Below, one piece after another: positions 41,741 to 51,189 of a DNA stretch of 64,000 nucleotides (position 1 is the stretch's first letter; the number at the start of each line of letters is the position of its first letter). A program made the position numbers and the translations under genes. This stretch comes from Candidatus Gastranaerophilales bacterium (GTDB lineage: Bacteria; Cyanobacteriota; Vampirovibrionia; Gastranaerophilales; JANQFW01): contig JANQLL010000185.1 of NCBI GenBank assembly GCA_028280605.1, forward strand, positions 1,567-65,566, in the 5' to 3' direction. The notes below the pieces were generated by a model that did not search any database, was not told the DNA's origin, and saw only the letters and a list, made by a program, of their open reading frames with translations.

Positions 41741-43357
41741 ATGAATGTTTGTCCCTCAACGAAGTCAAATAGCAGTTACAGCCAAATAAAGCACAATCAT
41801 AAACATAAACAAAATTTAACTTTTAAAGGCGATTCACTAACCACGGCTTTAGAACTGATTGATACAAATATTCTATTGGATTTATTAGGACGTGATGCTG
41901 TATCTATGATAATCCCCAGGACGGTAGTTGACTTTACGAGAAGCCAGCAAGCAGGATGGGAAACATTAAGGGGAGAAGTTGGAGGCGTATCTTTTGATAC
42001 ATTATATCCTATAGCAGCGGCTTATGGGTTAATGTTTGTAGCCAAGCATATTAATAATCCTAATAAGGTTGAAACACGTATCCATGCTAACCGTGAAATG
42101 ATGGATAACCTTACAAATATTTGGAAAAATTCCAACCAAGATAAAAGAAAATATGTTGAAGCCATTATTAATAACATTGAAGGCCTAAATGGCAGCAATG
42201 GCAACTGGAAAAACTTAGTAGATGAGCTTAATGGTAAAAATATTGAAGGCATTATTGATACTATTTCAAAAGCAATAGAAAACAACAATCCGAAAAAGCT
42301 CAAAGAGGCTCAAAAAATTATCTTAGAAACAATAGGTGCAAATAGAAATATACGATTAAAAAATAACAAGCCTATTGAAACATCTCTGGATAGTTTGTTA
42401 GGGAATACTTTCGATATGGGACGACATGTATTCTTTAAAGATAACCTACAAGGCAATAAAACTAAAATAAATAATGCCATAAAACGAATTAAGACGCTTA
42501 ATTTATGGAAATCAAAACTTGTTCTTGGCTCAGCATCATTTATAGGTGTGTCAATACAGCCACTAAATGCTTATTTGACTAAGAAAAAAACAGGTAAAGA
42601 AGGATTTGTAGGTAATCCTAATTTTCATGCTGACTCGCAAAAAGATAAATCTCATAACCTTCTTTTGGGCAAATTTGCAGCTGCAAGTGCTTTTGGTCTT
42701 ATGATATTATCAACTATAACCGGTAAAGGTCCTGTTAGATTTATTAAAGAGCTTGCCAGCAAAAATGGCTTTAAAAACTTCTTAAAAAAGCTAGAATTTA
42801 ACGATAAATTTTTAAATGCAGATCAATTAAAGCTCACGTTCGCAGCATTGATAATGGGAAGAGTTTTTGCAGCCCGCGATAAAAATGAATTAAGGGAAAC
42901 ATCAGTAAGGGATAGTTTAGGATTCTTGCATTATCTAGTATTAGGTGGCTTTGTCACCAAAGGCGTAGCAGCCTTTTTACAGCATAAAAATAAAAATCTT
43001 CATTTAATCAATGAAAGCCAGCCCTTCCAATCAACTAAAAAAGGTTTTGGCAAATTCATTGATCAAGTTGGGCATTTTATTTCAAATAAATCTGTCAAAT
43101 CACACGCAGAAATTAGAACACTTGAAAAAGGGCTTGTTAACAAAAATCTTTGTATGCTTAATTTGTCAATTTTATCTGGTATAGCTTATACATGTGCAAT
43201 GCTTGGTATTGGAATTCCTCTACTAAATAAATTTATGACAAATAAATTAGTTAAAAAGGTCGGCGATAAAGAGGCAATTCCTCCAATACCTATTAATAAT
43301 AAAATAGAAATGAGTCAAAAGAATAAGCAGCTATTTGGGCAATTTATAAAGCCGTAA
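41741..43357 (+). CDS. Hypothetical multi-pass membrane protein
   Basis: 538-aa ORF with several hydrophobic segments in the C-terminal half. No family recognised. Confidence 0.55.
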   Translation: MNVCPSTKSNSSYSQIKHNHKHKQNLTFKGDSLTTALELIDTNILLDLLGRDAVSMIIPRTVVDFTRSQQAGWETLRGEVGGVSFDTLYPIAAAYGLMFVAKHINNPNKVETRIHANREMMDNLTNIWKNSNQDKRKYVEAIINNIEGLNGSNGNWKNLVDELNGKNIEGIIDTISKAIENNNPKKLKEAQKIILETIGANRNIRLKNNKPIETSLDSLLGNTFDMGRHVFFKDNLQGNKTKINNAIKRIKTLNLWKSKLVLGSASFIGVSIQPLNAYLTKKKTGKEGFVGNPNFHADSQKDKSHNLLLGKFAAASAFGLMILSTITGKGPVRFIKELASKNGFKNFLKKLEFNDKFLNADQLKLTFAALIMGRVFAARDKNELRETSVRDSLGFLHYLVLGGFVTKGVAAFLQHKNKNLHLINESQPFQSTKKGFGKFIDQVGHFISNKSVKSHAEIRTLEKGLVNKNLCMLNLSILSGIAYTCAMLGIGIPLLNKFMTNKLVKKVGDKEAIPPIPINNKIEMSQKNKQLFGQFIKP

Positions 43358-43589
43358 ATAATTGAGATTTAAAAAACATTAAGGATTATTAAGTATTGTT
43401 TGCTATAAACATGCTGATTTGTATGCATCAAAATTTTATTGAAAATATTATTAATTTATATCTTTTTGATTTTATTTTTTTTTAAAGATAATAATAGTCC
43501 ATTTGATTTAGCAATTATTTAGAAAACTTTGTTTTTATAATATTGGAGATAAGGATGAAGCAAAAAGAAAAGGGTAAGAAAAAAGCTAA

Positions 43590-43696
43590 TTATACTGCTC
43601 ATCAATTAAATTTCAGATTACCCTTTTCAGAGAATAGTTTATTTTATTAACTTTAACTCGATTTAATAATCTGAAAAGTATTTTAGTGGAAGTATA
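43590..43696 (+). repeat. 107-nt imperfect-palindrome repeat, copy C
   Basis: 104/107 identical to the reverse complement of 25743-25849. Internal perfect pairing TTTCAGATTA (43611-43620) with TAATCTGAAA (43667-43676). Confidence 0.85.
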
Positions 43697-44036
43697 ATAA
43701 CAAAGTTTAAATAAAAAATAAAGCTTATAAAATAAGCTGAAAACTGAAGCGAATAGTTAAAAGTTAATTGTGAGTATTATAAATAATATTGAAGTGAAAA
43801 AGATAGGGAAATAAATTCCGCTAGTGTTAAAATGATGCGGAAAAAGGGAATAAACAGGGGAAGTAAGATATTTTAGCGTGTAAAACACGAGATTGAAAAA
43901 TTAAATAGGATCAGGAATTTGGACGAGTAAGTTTAGGAAGCTTATATACAGAATTGCAAAAAAATACCTCATATACCTTAATATACCTCATAGCTTATAC
44001 ACATATTGCAGTTTATACAAACTGCATTTTTATTTT
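43697..44036 (+). ncRNA. Candidate GGA-rich, C-poor non-coding RNA ending at an intrinsic terminator
   Basis: Eight GGA motifs lie between 43807 and 43938. Local hairpins include TTCCGC..GCGGAA and CGTGT-AAA-ACACG. No ORF of 60 aa or more in any frame. Terminator at 44007-44036. Confidence 0.3.
44007..44036 (+). terminator. Intrinsic terminator
   Basis: 8-bp stem TGCAGTTT/AAACTGCA, 4-nt loop, then TTTTTATTTT. Confidence 0.65.
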
Positions 44037-44114
44037 ATAAAACAGGCTTTATTAATGCTTATGGTTGTATTACGATAAGTTTTGATCAAATGAAACTATT
44101 AAAATGGGGGAAAG

Positions 44115-44555
44115 ATGGAATACACACAAGCTTCACAAGGTAGGGTATTTGTCGCAAGAATAGATGACAGCGAAGATATGATAGAAGAACTAAAAAAAAT
44201 TATCAAAAAAGAAAATATTAGAGCCGGTTTTGTGCACTTAATGGGAGCTTTATCTTCAAGCAAAGTTGTTTTAGGTCCTGAAGAAAAGGAATATCCGCCT
44301 AATCCCGTATGGTGGGAACATAATGATGTGTTTGAAGTGGCTGGCTTGGGAGTTTTTGCCTGGGAAAATGATGAACCTAAAATTCATATACATTCTTCTT
44401 TTGGTAATTATAAAGATACAAAAATGGGTTGTATCAGAGAAAAAGCAGAAGTCTATCTAACTATAGAAGCTGTTATACAAGAAGTTATCAACCCTAATAT
44501 CACCAGAAAATTAGATGATAGATATAACGCAAGCTTGCTAAATTTTAAATATTAA
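44115..44555 (+). CDS. PPC/DUF296-domain protein
   Basis: 146 aa. N-terminal GRVFVARIDDSEDM and central HLMGALSS pattern of the PPC (DUF296) fold. Confidence 0.65.
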   Translation: MEYTQASQGRVFVARIDDSEDMIEELKKIIKKENIRAGFVHLMGALSSSKVVLGPEEKEYPPNPVWWEHNDVFEVAGLGVFAWENDEPKIHIHSSFGNYKDTKMGCIREKAEVYLTIEAVIQEVINPNITRKLDDRYNASLLNFKY

Positions 44556-45550
44556 TGAAAAAAGAAGATATATTTATAAAAATAATTCAAAATGCACTGC
44601 CTTCTTCTAAAGATTATATTGGCGATGATACAGCTTTTATTAAAGAAAAAGATATTGTAATTACTCAAGATACTTTAGTTGAGGATGTGCATTTTAGAAC
44701 TGCTACAATCAGTCCGTATAATTTAGCGCAAAAAGCTGTTGCTGTTAATCTTAGCGATATTGCAGCAGCTGGAGCGGTCCCTTCTTATTTGGTAATATCT
44801 CTTTCCCTTCCAGGGCATATAAAAGAAGATTATATAAAAGAATTTTATAAAGGTATTAACGATATTTGCACAAAATATCATGTCTTAACCATTGGCGGGG
44901 ATTTGACAGGTGGAGAAAAAATAGTAATTAGTATAACTATGCTTGGCAATTGCAATAGTATACCTCCGGCAGCTCGATCTAATGCTCGGGTAGGTGATTA
45001 TATAATTACAACAGGTGAATATGGTTCCAGTTTTATGGGGTTTAATATTTTAGAAAATCCTGATAATATTTATAATTTAACGGATATTGAAAAAGAATAT
45101 TTTAAAAATGCTCATATCAATCCAATCCCACGAGTAAAAGAGGGTCTAGTAATCGCGGAAATTAACAAGAATAATAAATTATGTATGATGGATACTAGTG
45201 ATGGGCTTGCAGATGCATTATTTAAAATTTCAAAACTAAGTAATATCAGTATGGAAATAGATTATAATTCTATACCCTTTAATTCAGCTTTAGCTAAAGC
45301 TGTTAAAAGCAAGTCTGATATTTTCAATTGTATTTTATTTGGGGGAGAAGATTATGAGCTGGTGGCATGTGTAACTCAAAGTACATTAAAAGAACTTAAG
45401 AAAAATCGTGTAAAATTTTCTGTTATTGGAAGAGTTGCCAAGAATTTTGGTTCTGCTAAAATAATAATGAAACTGGATGATAAAATTTTTGAACTAACAA
45501 AAAACTTATTAGAAAATAACTTATTTAATCATTTTAAGGATGATCTATGA
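44555..45550 (+). CDS. thiL: Thiamine-monophosphate kinase ThiL
   Basis: IGDDTAF, AVNLSDIAAAGA and DTSDGLADAL motifs of the AIR-synthase-related family. Confidence 0.85.
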   Translation: MKKEDIFIKIIQNALPSSKDYIGDDTAFIKEKDIVITQDTLVEDVHFRTATISPYNLAQKAVAVNLSDIAAAGAVPSYLVISLSLPGHIKEDYIKEFYKGINDICTKYHVLTIGGDLTGGEKIVISITMLGNCNSIPPAARSNARVGDYIITTGEYGSSFMGFNILENPDNIYNLTDIEKEYFKNAHINPIPRVKEGLVIAEINKNNKLCMMDTSDGLADALFKISKLSNISMEIDYNSIPFNSALAKAVKSKSDIFNCILFGGEDYELVACVTQSTLKELKKNRVKFSVIGRVAKNFGSAKIIMKLDDKIFELTKNLLENNLFNHFKDDL

Positions 45551-46281
45551 AAATAACCGCTCTTATTCCTGCGGCAGGTTCAGGTAGCAGGTTCGATATA
45601 CAAAAAAATAAATTGCTAACAGACTTAAATGGTACGCCAGTAATAGTCAAAACATTATTGCAAATAGTGCAAAATCCTCTTATTGATAAAATCTTAATCT
45701 GCACTTCAGTTGATATAGAGAATGAAATAAGTATATTAATAAAAAAATATAGTATACCTAAAATACAAGCTGTTATTATTGGAGGAGATACCCGCCAAGA
45801 GTCTGTATATAAAGGCTTGAAGTATTTAAGCTTAGATCCGCCTGACTATATTTTGATTCACGATGGGGCAAGACCTTTATTAACACAGGATATAATAAAT
45901 AATTCAATAGAGAGAACCTTTGAGTATGGTGCTTCTATAGCTGCAGTTCCTGTAAAAGACACAATAAAAATAGTTAAATCTGGTAAAGTAGAAAATACAC
46001 CTGCTAGAGAAGAACTTTTTGCGGTTCAAACCCCTCAAACTTTTAAATTTAGAAACTTGCTTAATGCTCATGACATATTTAAAAATAATAATTTTACTGA
46101 TGATGCTGCACTTGTAGAAAAAATGGGTCTGCCTGTTGTTGTATCTCAGGGTAGTTATAAAAATATAAAAATTACAACTCAAGAAGATTTATCCATTGCC
46201 GAGTGCTTTGATAGAGAATTATTTAATCCATTGCAAACCACAATGCACCACGAACAGGAATCACTATGCATATTGCAATAA
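45547..46281 (+). CDS. ispD: 2-C-methyl-D-erythritol 4-phosphate cytidylyltransferase IspD
   Basis: IPAAGSGSRF N-terminal motif. Family-like sequence ends near residue 222; the last ~20 codons overlap the convergent bioY-like gene. Confidence 0.9.
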   Translation: MKITALIPAAGSGSRFDIQKNKLLTDLNGTPVIVKTLLQIVQNPLIDKILICTSVDIENEISILIKKYSIPKIQAVIIGGDTRQESVYKGLKYLSLDPPDYILIHDGARPLLTQDIINNSIERTFEYGASIAAVPVKDTIKIVKSGKVENTPAREELFAVQTPQTFKFRNLLNAHDIFKNNNFTDDAALVEKMGLPVVVSQGSYKNIKITTQEDLSIAECFDRELFNPLQTTMHHEQESLCILQ

Positions 46282-46948
46282 AGCTTAGTAGTAAATCATA
46301 AGGCAATTGAATTCCACTTAATGCCCATATCCATCCAAAAAGCTCCAATACTTGTTGGGTATTAACTATTATTATTCCTATTAAATATAAAATCCCAACA
46401 AGATGTATTGCAAAAACTCCGGTTAATGTTGCGATAAAGTATTTTTTTAAATTGAATTTTATACCATTTAAGTAGTGAGCGACTAGGGTTGTTCCTAAAA
46501 GATAGCCTAATATATATCCAAAACCCTTTTGATTAACATATTCAATACCTCCGCCTGAAGCAAAAATCTGGCATCCCAGCAAGCCGGCTGTAATATATAA
46601 GAGTACTGCAAAAATGCCCAACCTTGCCCCTAATAAGGCTCCTGCAAATAATACTAAAGGTATTTGAGGTATATAATAATACGTAGTAGTTATTTCACTT
46701 ATGTCTTTGATATTTTTAAAATACTGAGGCGGATTAGTAAAAGCTTGCTCAGGTATTGTTAAAATATACAGGGGTAATTTAGTAAATGTAGCTATAACAA
46801 TAAAAAATGTACATAGAATCGCTACTAAAACAGCTCCAATTCTAATTTTTGGATAACTGTCTATAAATGCTTGATACTTAGTATTACTAAATAATCTTTT
46901 ATAAATATTTTTAAACTTTGGATACTTCGAATTTTTTATTAAGTTCAT
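46223..46948 (-). CDS. bioY: BioY-family biotin transporter S-component (putative)
   Basis: Pattern LFAGALLGARLG..LLYITAGLLGCQIFASGGG...FGYILGYLLG...LPYDLL resembles the BioY family. Has an N-terminal extension and a loop insertion. Confidence 0.6.
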   Translation of the reverse strand: MNLIKNSKYPKFKNIYKRLFSNTKYQAFIDSYPKIRIGAVLVAILCTFFIVIATFTKLPLYILTIPEQAFTNPPQYFKNIKDISEITTTYYYIPQIPLVLFAGALLGARLGIFAVLLYITAGLLGCQIFASGGGIEYVNQKGFGYILGYLLGTTLVAHYLNGIKFNLKKYFIATLTGVFAIHLVGILYLIGIIIVNTQQVLELFGWIWALSGIQLPYDLLLSFIAICIVIPVRGALWFAMD

Positions 46949-47441
46949 TTTTCAACACTTCAAACATTTCTTTAAAATTAGTATTCCAGATATTTTCTGT
47001 CCACATTATCAGTGCATCTTCGTCATTATCTTGATAGTATTTGGGTCTTGCACCAAGGCTTTTAAATCCATATTTGTAATATAAATTTTGAGCCGGAACA
47101 TTGGACACTCTTACTTCTAGTGTAATCCATTTTGCCATATTTTCATAGCAAGCATCTACTATTTGTTGTAAGAGCAATTCGCCGACAGATTTTTTTCTAT
47201 ACTCAGGAGCTACGGCTATTGTTGTAACATGGGCTTCTTCTTGTATTAGCCAAAAACCACAATATCCTATAACCTTGCCTGTTTCCAAGTCTTCAGCTGT
47301 ATAATAATACCCAAGGTCATTATTAATCTCAGAAAGAAACGATTGTCTTGACCAGTGATGTTCACCAAAAGAAGCACTCTCTATTCTCATAATCTGATCC
47401 ACGTCTTTTTTATGCATTTGTCTTATCTGTATCTTATACAA
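46911..47441 (-). CDS. rimI: GNAT N-acetyltransferase, RimI-like
   Basis: 176 aa. Acetyl-CoA motif IAVAPEYRKKSVGELLL. Confidence 0.75.
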   Translation of the reverse strand: MYKIQIRQMHKKDVDQIMRIESASFGEHHWSRQSFLSEINNDLGYYYTAEDLETGKVIGYCGFWLIQEEAHVTTIAVAPEYRKKSVGELLLQQIVDACYENMAKWITLEVRVSNVPAQNLYYKYGFKSLGARPKYYQDNDEDALIMWTENIWNTNFKEMFEVLKNELNKKFEVSKV

Positions 47442-47708
47442 CGTTGATATCTCTTATCTATAGTTTTTTATTTTACTTATTCCATCTCTTAAAAAATTAT
47501 AAGCTAAATATTATTCTGATTCAAAATTAAATTTATTATTTAAAATTTCAATTATCTAATTTTACTTGTAGAAAATAAATTATATATATTTAAACTATTA
47601 ACATTATTGATCTTATGTAATCAGTATAAGAATATATTATGTATGAACAAATAGCTAAAAAAATATACGTAACTGGAGAAAGTAGACCTTAATAAAAAGG
47701 AGAGTTAG

Positions 47709-48716
47709 ATGAGTTTTAGAATTATTAAAGCGTTAACTGTGGCACTGGCTATTTTAATGAATTTATACGCAATCCAGGCCTTTGCAGAAGCTAAAAAAAT
47801 TCTTCACATCGCATCTTATCATGACGCTTACAGTTGGACTCATAGAATTGATATAGGTATAAAAAAAGGTTTGAAACGCAGTTTCAATAATACTCCTTAT
47901 GAATACAAAGTATTTTATATGGATACTAAAAGGAAGAATAAGCCAGAACAGATATTATCAGCAGCAGAAGAAGCAGAAAAAATTATTAAACGCTGGAATC
48001 CTGATATTATTATTACATCAGATGATAATGCTACAAAGTATGTTACTTCACCATTAAAAGACTCTGGAAGAAAATTTGTATTTACCGGTGTTAATAATGA
48101 ACCTTCAATATATAATTTGCCAAACAAAAATGTGACTGGTATTATTGAAAGATTTCATGCTAAAGATGGTATCTATCTTTTAAAAATGTTAAAACCAAAC
48201 TGTAGTAAAGTGGTTATGCTCTCTGATGACTCTATTACCGGAAAATTAATTTCCGAACAACTTAAATTTACAATAAAAGAAGAAAACTTCGATCTCCTAG
48301 GCATACATGCTACTGGGTCTTTTAAAGAATGGAAAAGCTTAGTTAAAAAATATCAGGGCAAGGCAGATGCTTTTTATGTAATTGTGTATTTTACGATGAA
48401 AGACAACGACGGCAAGCCAGTGCCTGGCCCTGAAGTACTAAAATGGACCAGAATAAATTCAAAGATACCTGAAATAGGCTTTTGGCCATTTGTGACAGAT
48501 CATGGAGGGTTAGCATCAATTGGCGTTGATGGGGTTGAACAAGGTTATGCAGCATCTAAAATAGCTGTAAAAATTTTAAATGGTACTTCTCCTGCAGATA
48601 TTACAACTAAGGTTACAAGTAAAAGCACTTTGTATATCAATTCTAAAAGGGCTAGAGAGCTAAATATTATTATTCCTTGCGAATTAATGGAAAGCGCTTT
48701 TTTGATAGAAAAATAA
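47709..48716 (+). CDS. ABC-transporter substrate-binding protein (orphan)
   Basis: Signal peptide plus periplasmic-binding fold. No adjacent permease or ATPase. Confidence 0.65.
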   Translation: MSFRIIKALTVALAILMNLYAIQAFAEAKKILHIASYHDAYSWTHRIDIGIKKGLKRSFNNTPYEYKVFYMDTKRKNKPEQILSAAEEAEKIIKRWNPDIIITSDDNATKYVTSPLKDSGRKFVFTGVNNEPSIYNLPNKNVTGIIERFHAKDGIYLLKMLKPNCSKVVMLSDDSITGKLISEQLKFTIKEENFDLLGIHATGSFKEWKSLVKKYQGKADAFYVIVYFTMKDNDGKPVPGPEVLKWTRINSKIPEIGFWPFVTDHGGLASIGVDGVEQGYAASKIAVKILNGTSPADITTKVTSKSTLYINSKRARELNIIIPCELMESAFLIEK

Positions 48717-48791
48717 AATTTTATTAATAAAATATTGAATTTCTTTTATGTAATATATATCATAATTTTAATAAGTAAAAAGTAGTATTAA

Positions 48792-48880
48792 AATAGAATA
48801 ATTGGGAAACTTCGGTGAAAATCCGAGGCTGTGTCGCAACTGTAAGGGTAAAACCTAAGCCAGAACACCACTATTCTATT
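48792..48880 (+). promoter_or_regulatory. Cobalamin riboswitch aptamer (compact form)
   Basis: GGGAAAC..GGTGAAAATCC..GCTGTGTCGCAACTGTAAGGG..AGCCAGAACACC core with B12-box-like element. P1 pairs AATAGAATA (48792-48800) with TATTCTATT (48872-48880). Lies upstream of the btuBCDF-like genes. Confidence 0.8.
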
Positions 48881-49116
48881 CTATCTTACTCTTGCGATGC
48901 ACAAGAAAAGGAGATAAAAGATGATAAAATTAGAATAGCACAATCTATATTGACAGACTTCTTATTTTAAGTTTGTTCTTTTGTATAAAATTCTCAAAAC
49001 TTAATAATTTATACAAAAACCTAATTTTAAAAGTCAAATAAGTAATATAACATTTATTATTACCTATTTGATTAATGTTGATTTGTTTTATATATAGAAA
49101 GAACTAAAAAGAAAAT

Positions 49117-51129
49117 ATGAAAAAGATTTTAATAACAGCAGCAACACTTAGCATATTAAGCATAGGACAGTCATTTGGTGCAGATATAGATAATGTTAAA
49201 CCTGATACACAAAAAATAGAACAATGTAAATTTATTGAATTCGGTAAAGTAGAAGACTGCCAAGTATATAGTATAGATAACATGCCGCAAGATATCAAAA
49301 CATCAACCAGCAGCGCAGAAATTATTAATTTAAACGATGATAATAACGCTCAAAAAACTACTTTAAATGAGCTCCTTAATGACTATACAGGTATTACAAC
49401 GCAAGACCTGGGTTCTGCCGGCATGACAAGCTCAATAAGAATCCGAGGCTGGAATAGAGTTGGCCTTACTCTTGACGGTGTAAAAATTGACAACCCCAGC
49501 TATGGCTATGCAGACTTAACACACTTTTCTAATAAAGATTTAGAAAGAATTGAAGTAATAAAAGGTCCTCAAGGAAGCATACATGGCGATAGTACGCACG
49601 GTGGCTTAATCAGTTTAACAACCAAACAAGGCCACGGGAGTCCAAAGATTGACTATGAGCAAAAATTTGGTTCATATAGTACTTTTCAAGAAGGTGTTTC
49701 ATTTTCAGGCGGTAATACCTCGGCTGATTATTATATTGGCGTATCAAGACTAGACACAAACGGTGGAGCTATAACTACTTCAGATGGCAAATCCAAACGA
49801 GATGATTACTCTAACTTTACAATATCTGCAAATATAGGTAAAAGATTGATGGACACTAAAGCTGAACTAAGAAATACCTTCAGATACATTGAAGCTAAAA
49901 AGAATGTTGGTATAAGTGAAAACTATTTTGCAGGCACAACAGTATTTGATCCAAATGCAAGAAGCCAGAACACACAGATAATAAACTCAACAACATTTAG
50001 CCATAAGCCATTTAGCTGGTATGATTATAATCTAAAAACCGGCTATGTTGGATTTGAGAACTTTTTTGAAGACTTTATAGACAGCTATGGTGTAGATACT
50101 AACAATAATAACAATAAAGCAAGAAATGACAGGTTTATTGTTTCTACCCAACATAATCTAAAATACAAAGATATAGATACGTTTTCTTTTGGTTATACAT
50201 TGGAGCATAATAATTTTAACCAAAAATCATTTGGTGACGGAGTTTGGGGTTACAACGACAGATTCTCTAGGAGTTATACAACAGGGCATGTATTTTTTAA
50301 TAACAAAATTAACATAAAAGATACCCTAATAATAAAAGCCGGCACTGGTATAGAAGATTCTAAATGGGGTACTTACGCAACACCAAATGTATCAGGTGCA
50401 TTAATATTGCCAACACCGTTTATAGATAATTCTTATACCAAGCTAAGGTCAACATACGGTAATTCTATTAATTATCCTACGCCATTTCAGTTTGGCGGTG
50501 TTTTCTTTGGCTCACCGGCAGGCAATCCTAACTTAAAGCCAGAAAAATGCAGCGGTTGGGATGTCGGCGTTATTCAAAGCTTATTCAATGATAAAATTAA
50601 CTATGAGTTCGCTTATTTTGACAATAACTATACTGATTTAATAGATTGGAGCGGGACAACCTACTATAATATTTCAAAAGCGCAGACTTCAGGCTTTGAG
50701 AATACTTTAAAAGTTAACTTTTTATCAGGTATTTACGGTTTAGCTAATTACACCTATACTAATAATAATGGCTTTAATAATAACGACATTGGAGGCGTGC
50801 CAAGAAACAGGTTCAACTTTAAGCTTGGCTATTCACCTAAAGAAAGATATAATGTCTTTGCTACAGGAACCTCAGCTTCCAGCAGAGCCTATAACACAAA
50901 TGGTGCCAGAGTTGACGGATTTTTTAAACTAGCACTTGGTTCAAAGGTTAGGTTATTTAGTGTTGACAATGCACACGTTTATCTGTGGGGAAGGCTTAAT
51001 AATATCCTCAATGACAGATACGAAGTCTACAAAGGATACAAGCATCCTGGCATTAGCTTTATAACAGGATTGCAAGTTAAATTTAACCTGCCTGACTTTA
51101 AGAAAAAATCTGCGCCTGATAAAGTATAG
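49117..51129 (+). CDS. btuB: TonB-dependent outer-membrane receptor, BtuB-like
   Basis: Signal peptide, plug motif IEVIKGPQGSIHG, long beta-barrel region. Riboswitch context. Confidence 0.8.
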   Translation: MKKILITAATLSILSIGQSFGADIDNVKPDTQKIEQCKFIEFGKVEDCQVYSIDNMPQDIKTSTSSAEIINLNDDNNAQKTTLNELLNDYTGITTQDLGSAGMTSSIRIRGWNRVGLTLDGVKIDNPSYGYADLTHFSNKDLERIEVIKGPQGSIHGDSTHGGLISLTTKQGHGSPKIDYEQKFGSYSTFQEGVSFSGGNTSADYYIGVSRLDTNGGAITTSDGKSKRDDYSNFTISANIGKRLMDTKAELRNTFRYIEAKKNVGISENYFAGTTVFDPNARSQNTQIINSTTFSHKPFSWYDYNLKTGYVGFENFFEDFIDSYGVDTNNNNNKARNDRFIVSTQHNLKYKDIDTFSFGYTLEHNNFNQKSFGDGVWGYNDRFSRSYTTGHVFFNNKINIKDTLIIKAGTGIEDSKWGTYATPNVSGALILPTPFIDNSYTKLRSTYGNSINYPTPFQFGGVFFGSPAGNPNLKPEKCSGWDVGVIQSLFNDKINYEFAYFDNNYTDLIDWSGTTYYNISKAQTSGFENTLKVNFLSGIYGLANYTYTNNNGFNNNDIGGVPRNRFNFKLGYSPKERYNVFATGTSASSRAYNTNGARVDGFFKLALGSKVRLFSVDNAHVYLWGRLNNILNDRYEVYKGYKHPGISFITGLQVKFNLPDFKKKSAPDKV

Positions 51130-51189
51130 GCTTTGCCGATCCGCTCGACCTTAATATTTAACTTATTAAAGAATTTTTAATTATTCTAA

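Noticed and set aside
43555-43650. 31-codon ORF (MKQKEKGKKKANYTAHQLNFRLPFSENSLFY) with a good SD, running into repeat copy C
   Set aside because: The start codon and N-terminal part are absent from copies A and B. Substitutions between copies are not biased toward synonymous sites, and similarity continues equally past the stop. The conserved unit is therefore nucleic acid, not this peptide.
43697-44114. Possibility that the structured region upstream of PPC-thiL-ispD is a TPP riboswitch
   Set aside because: I could not find the conserved TPP elements (CTGAGA and ACCTGATCTGGATAATGCCAGCG-like). An intrinsic terminator also separates the region from the operon regardless of ligand.
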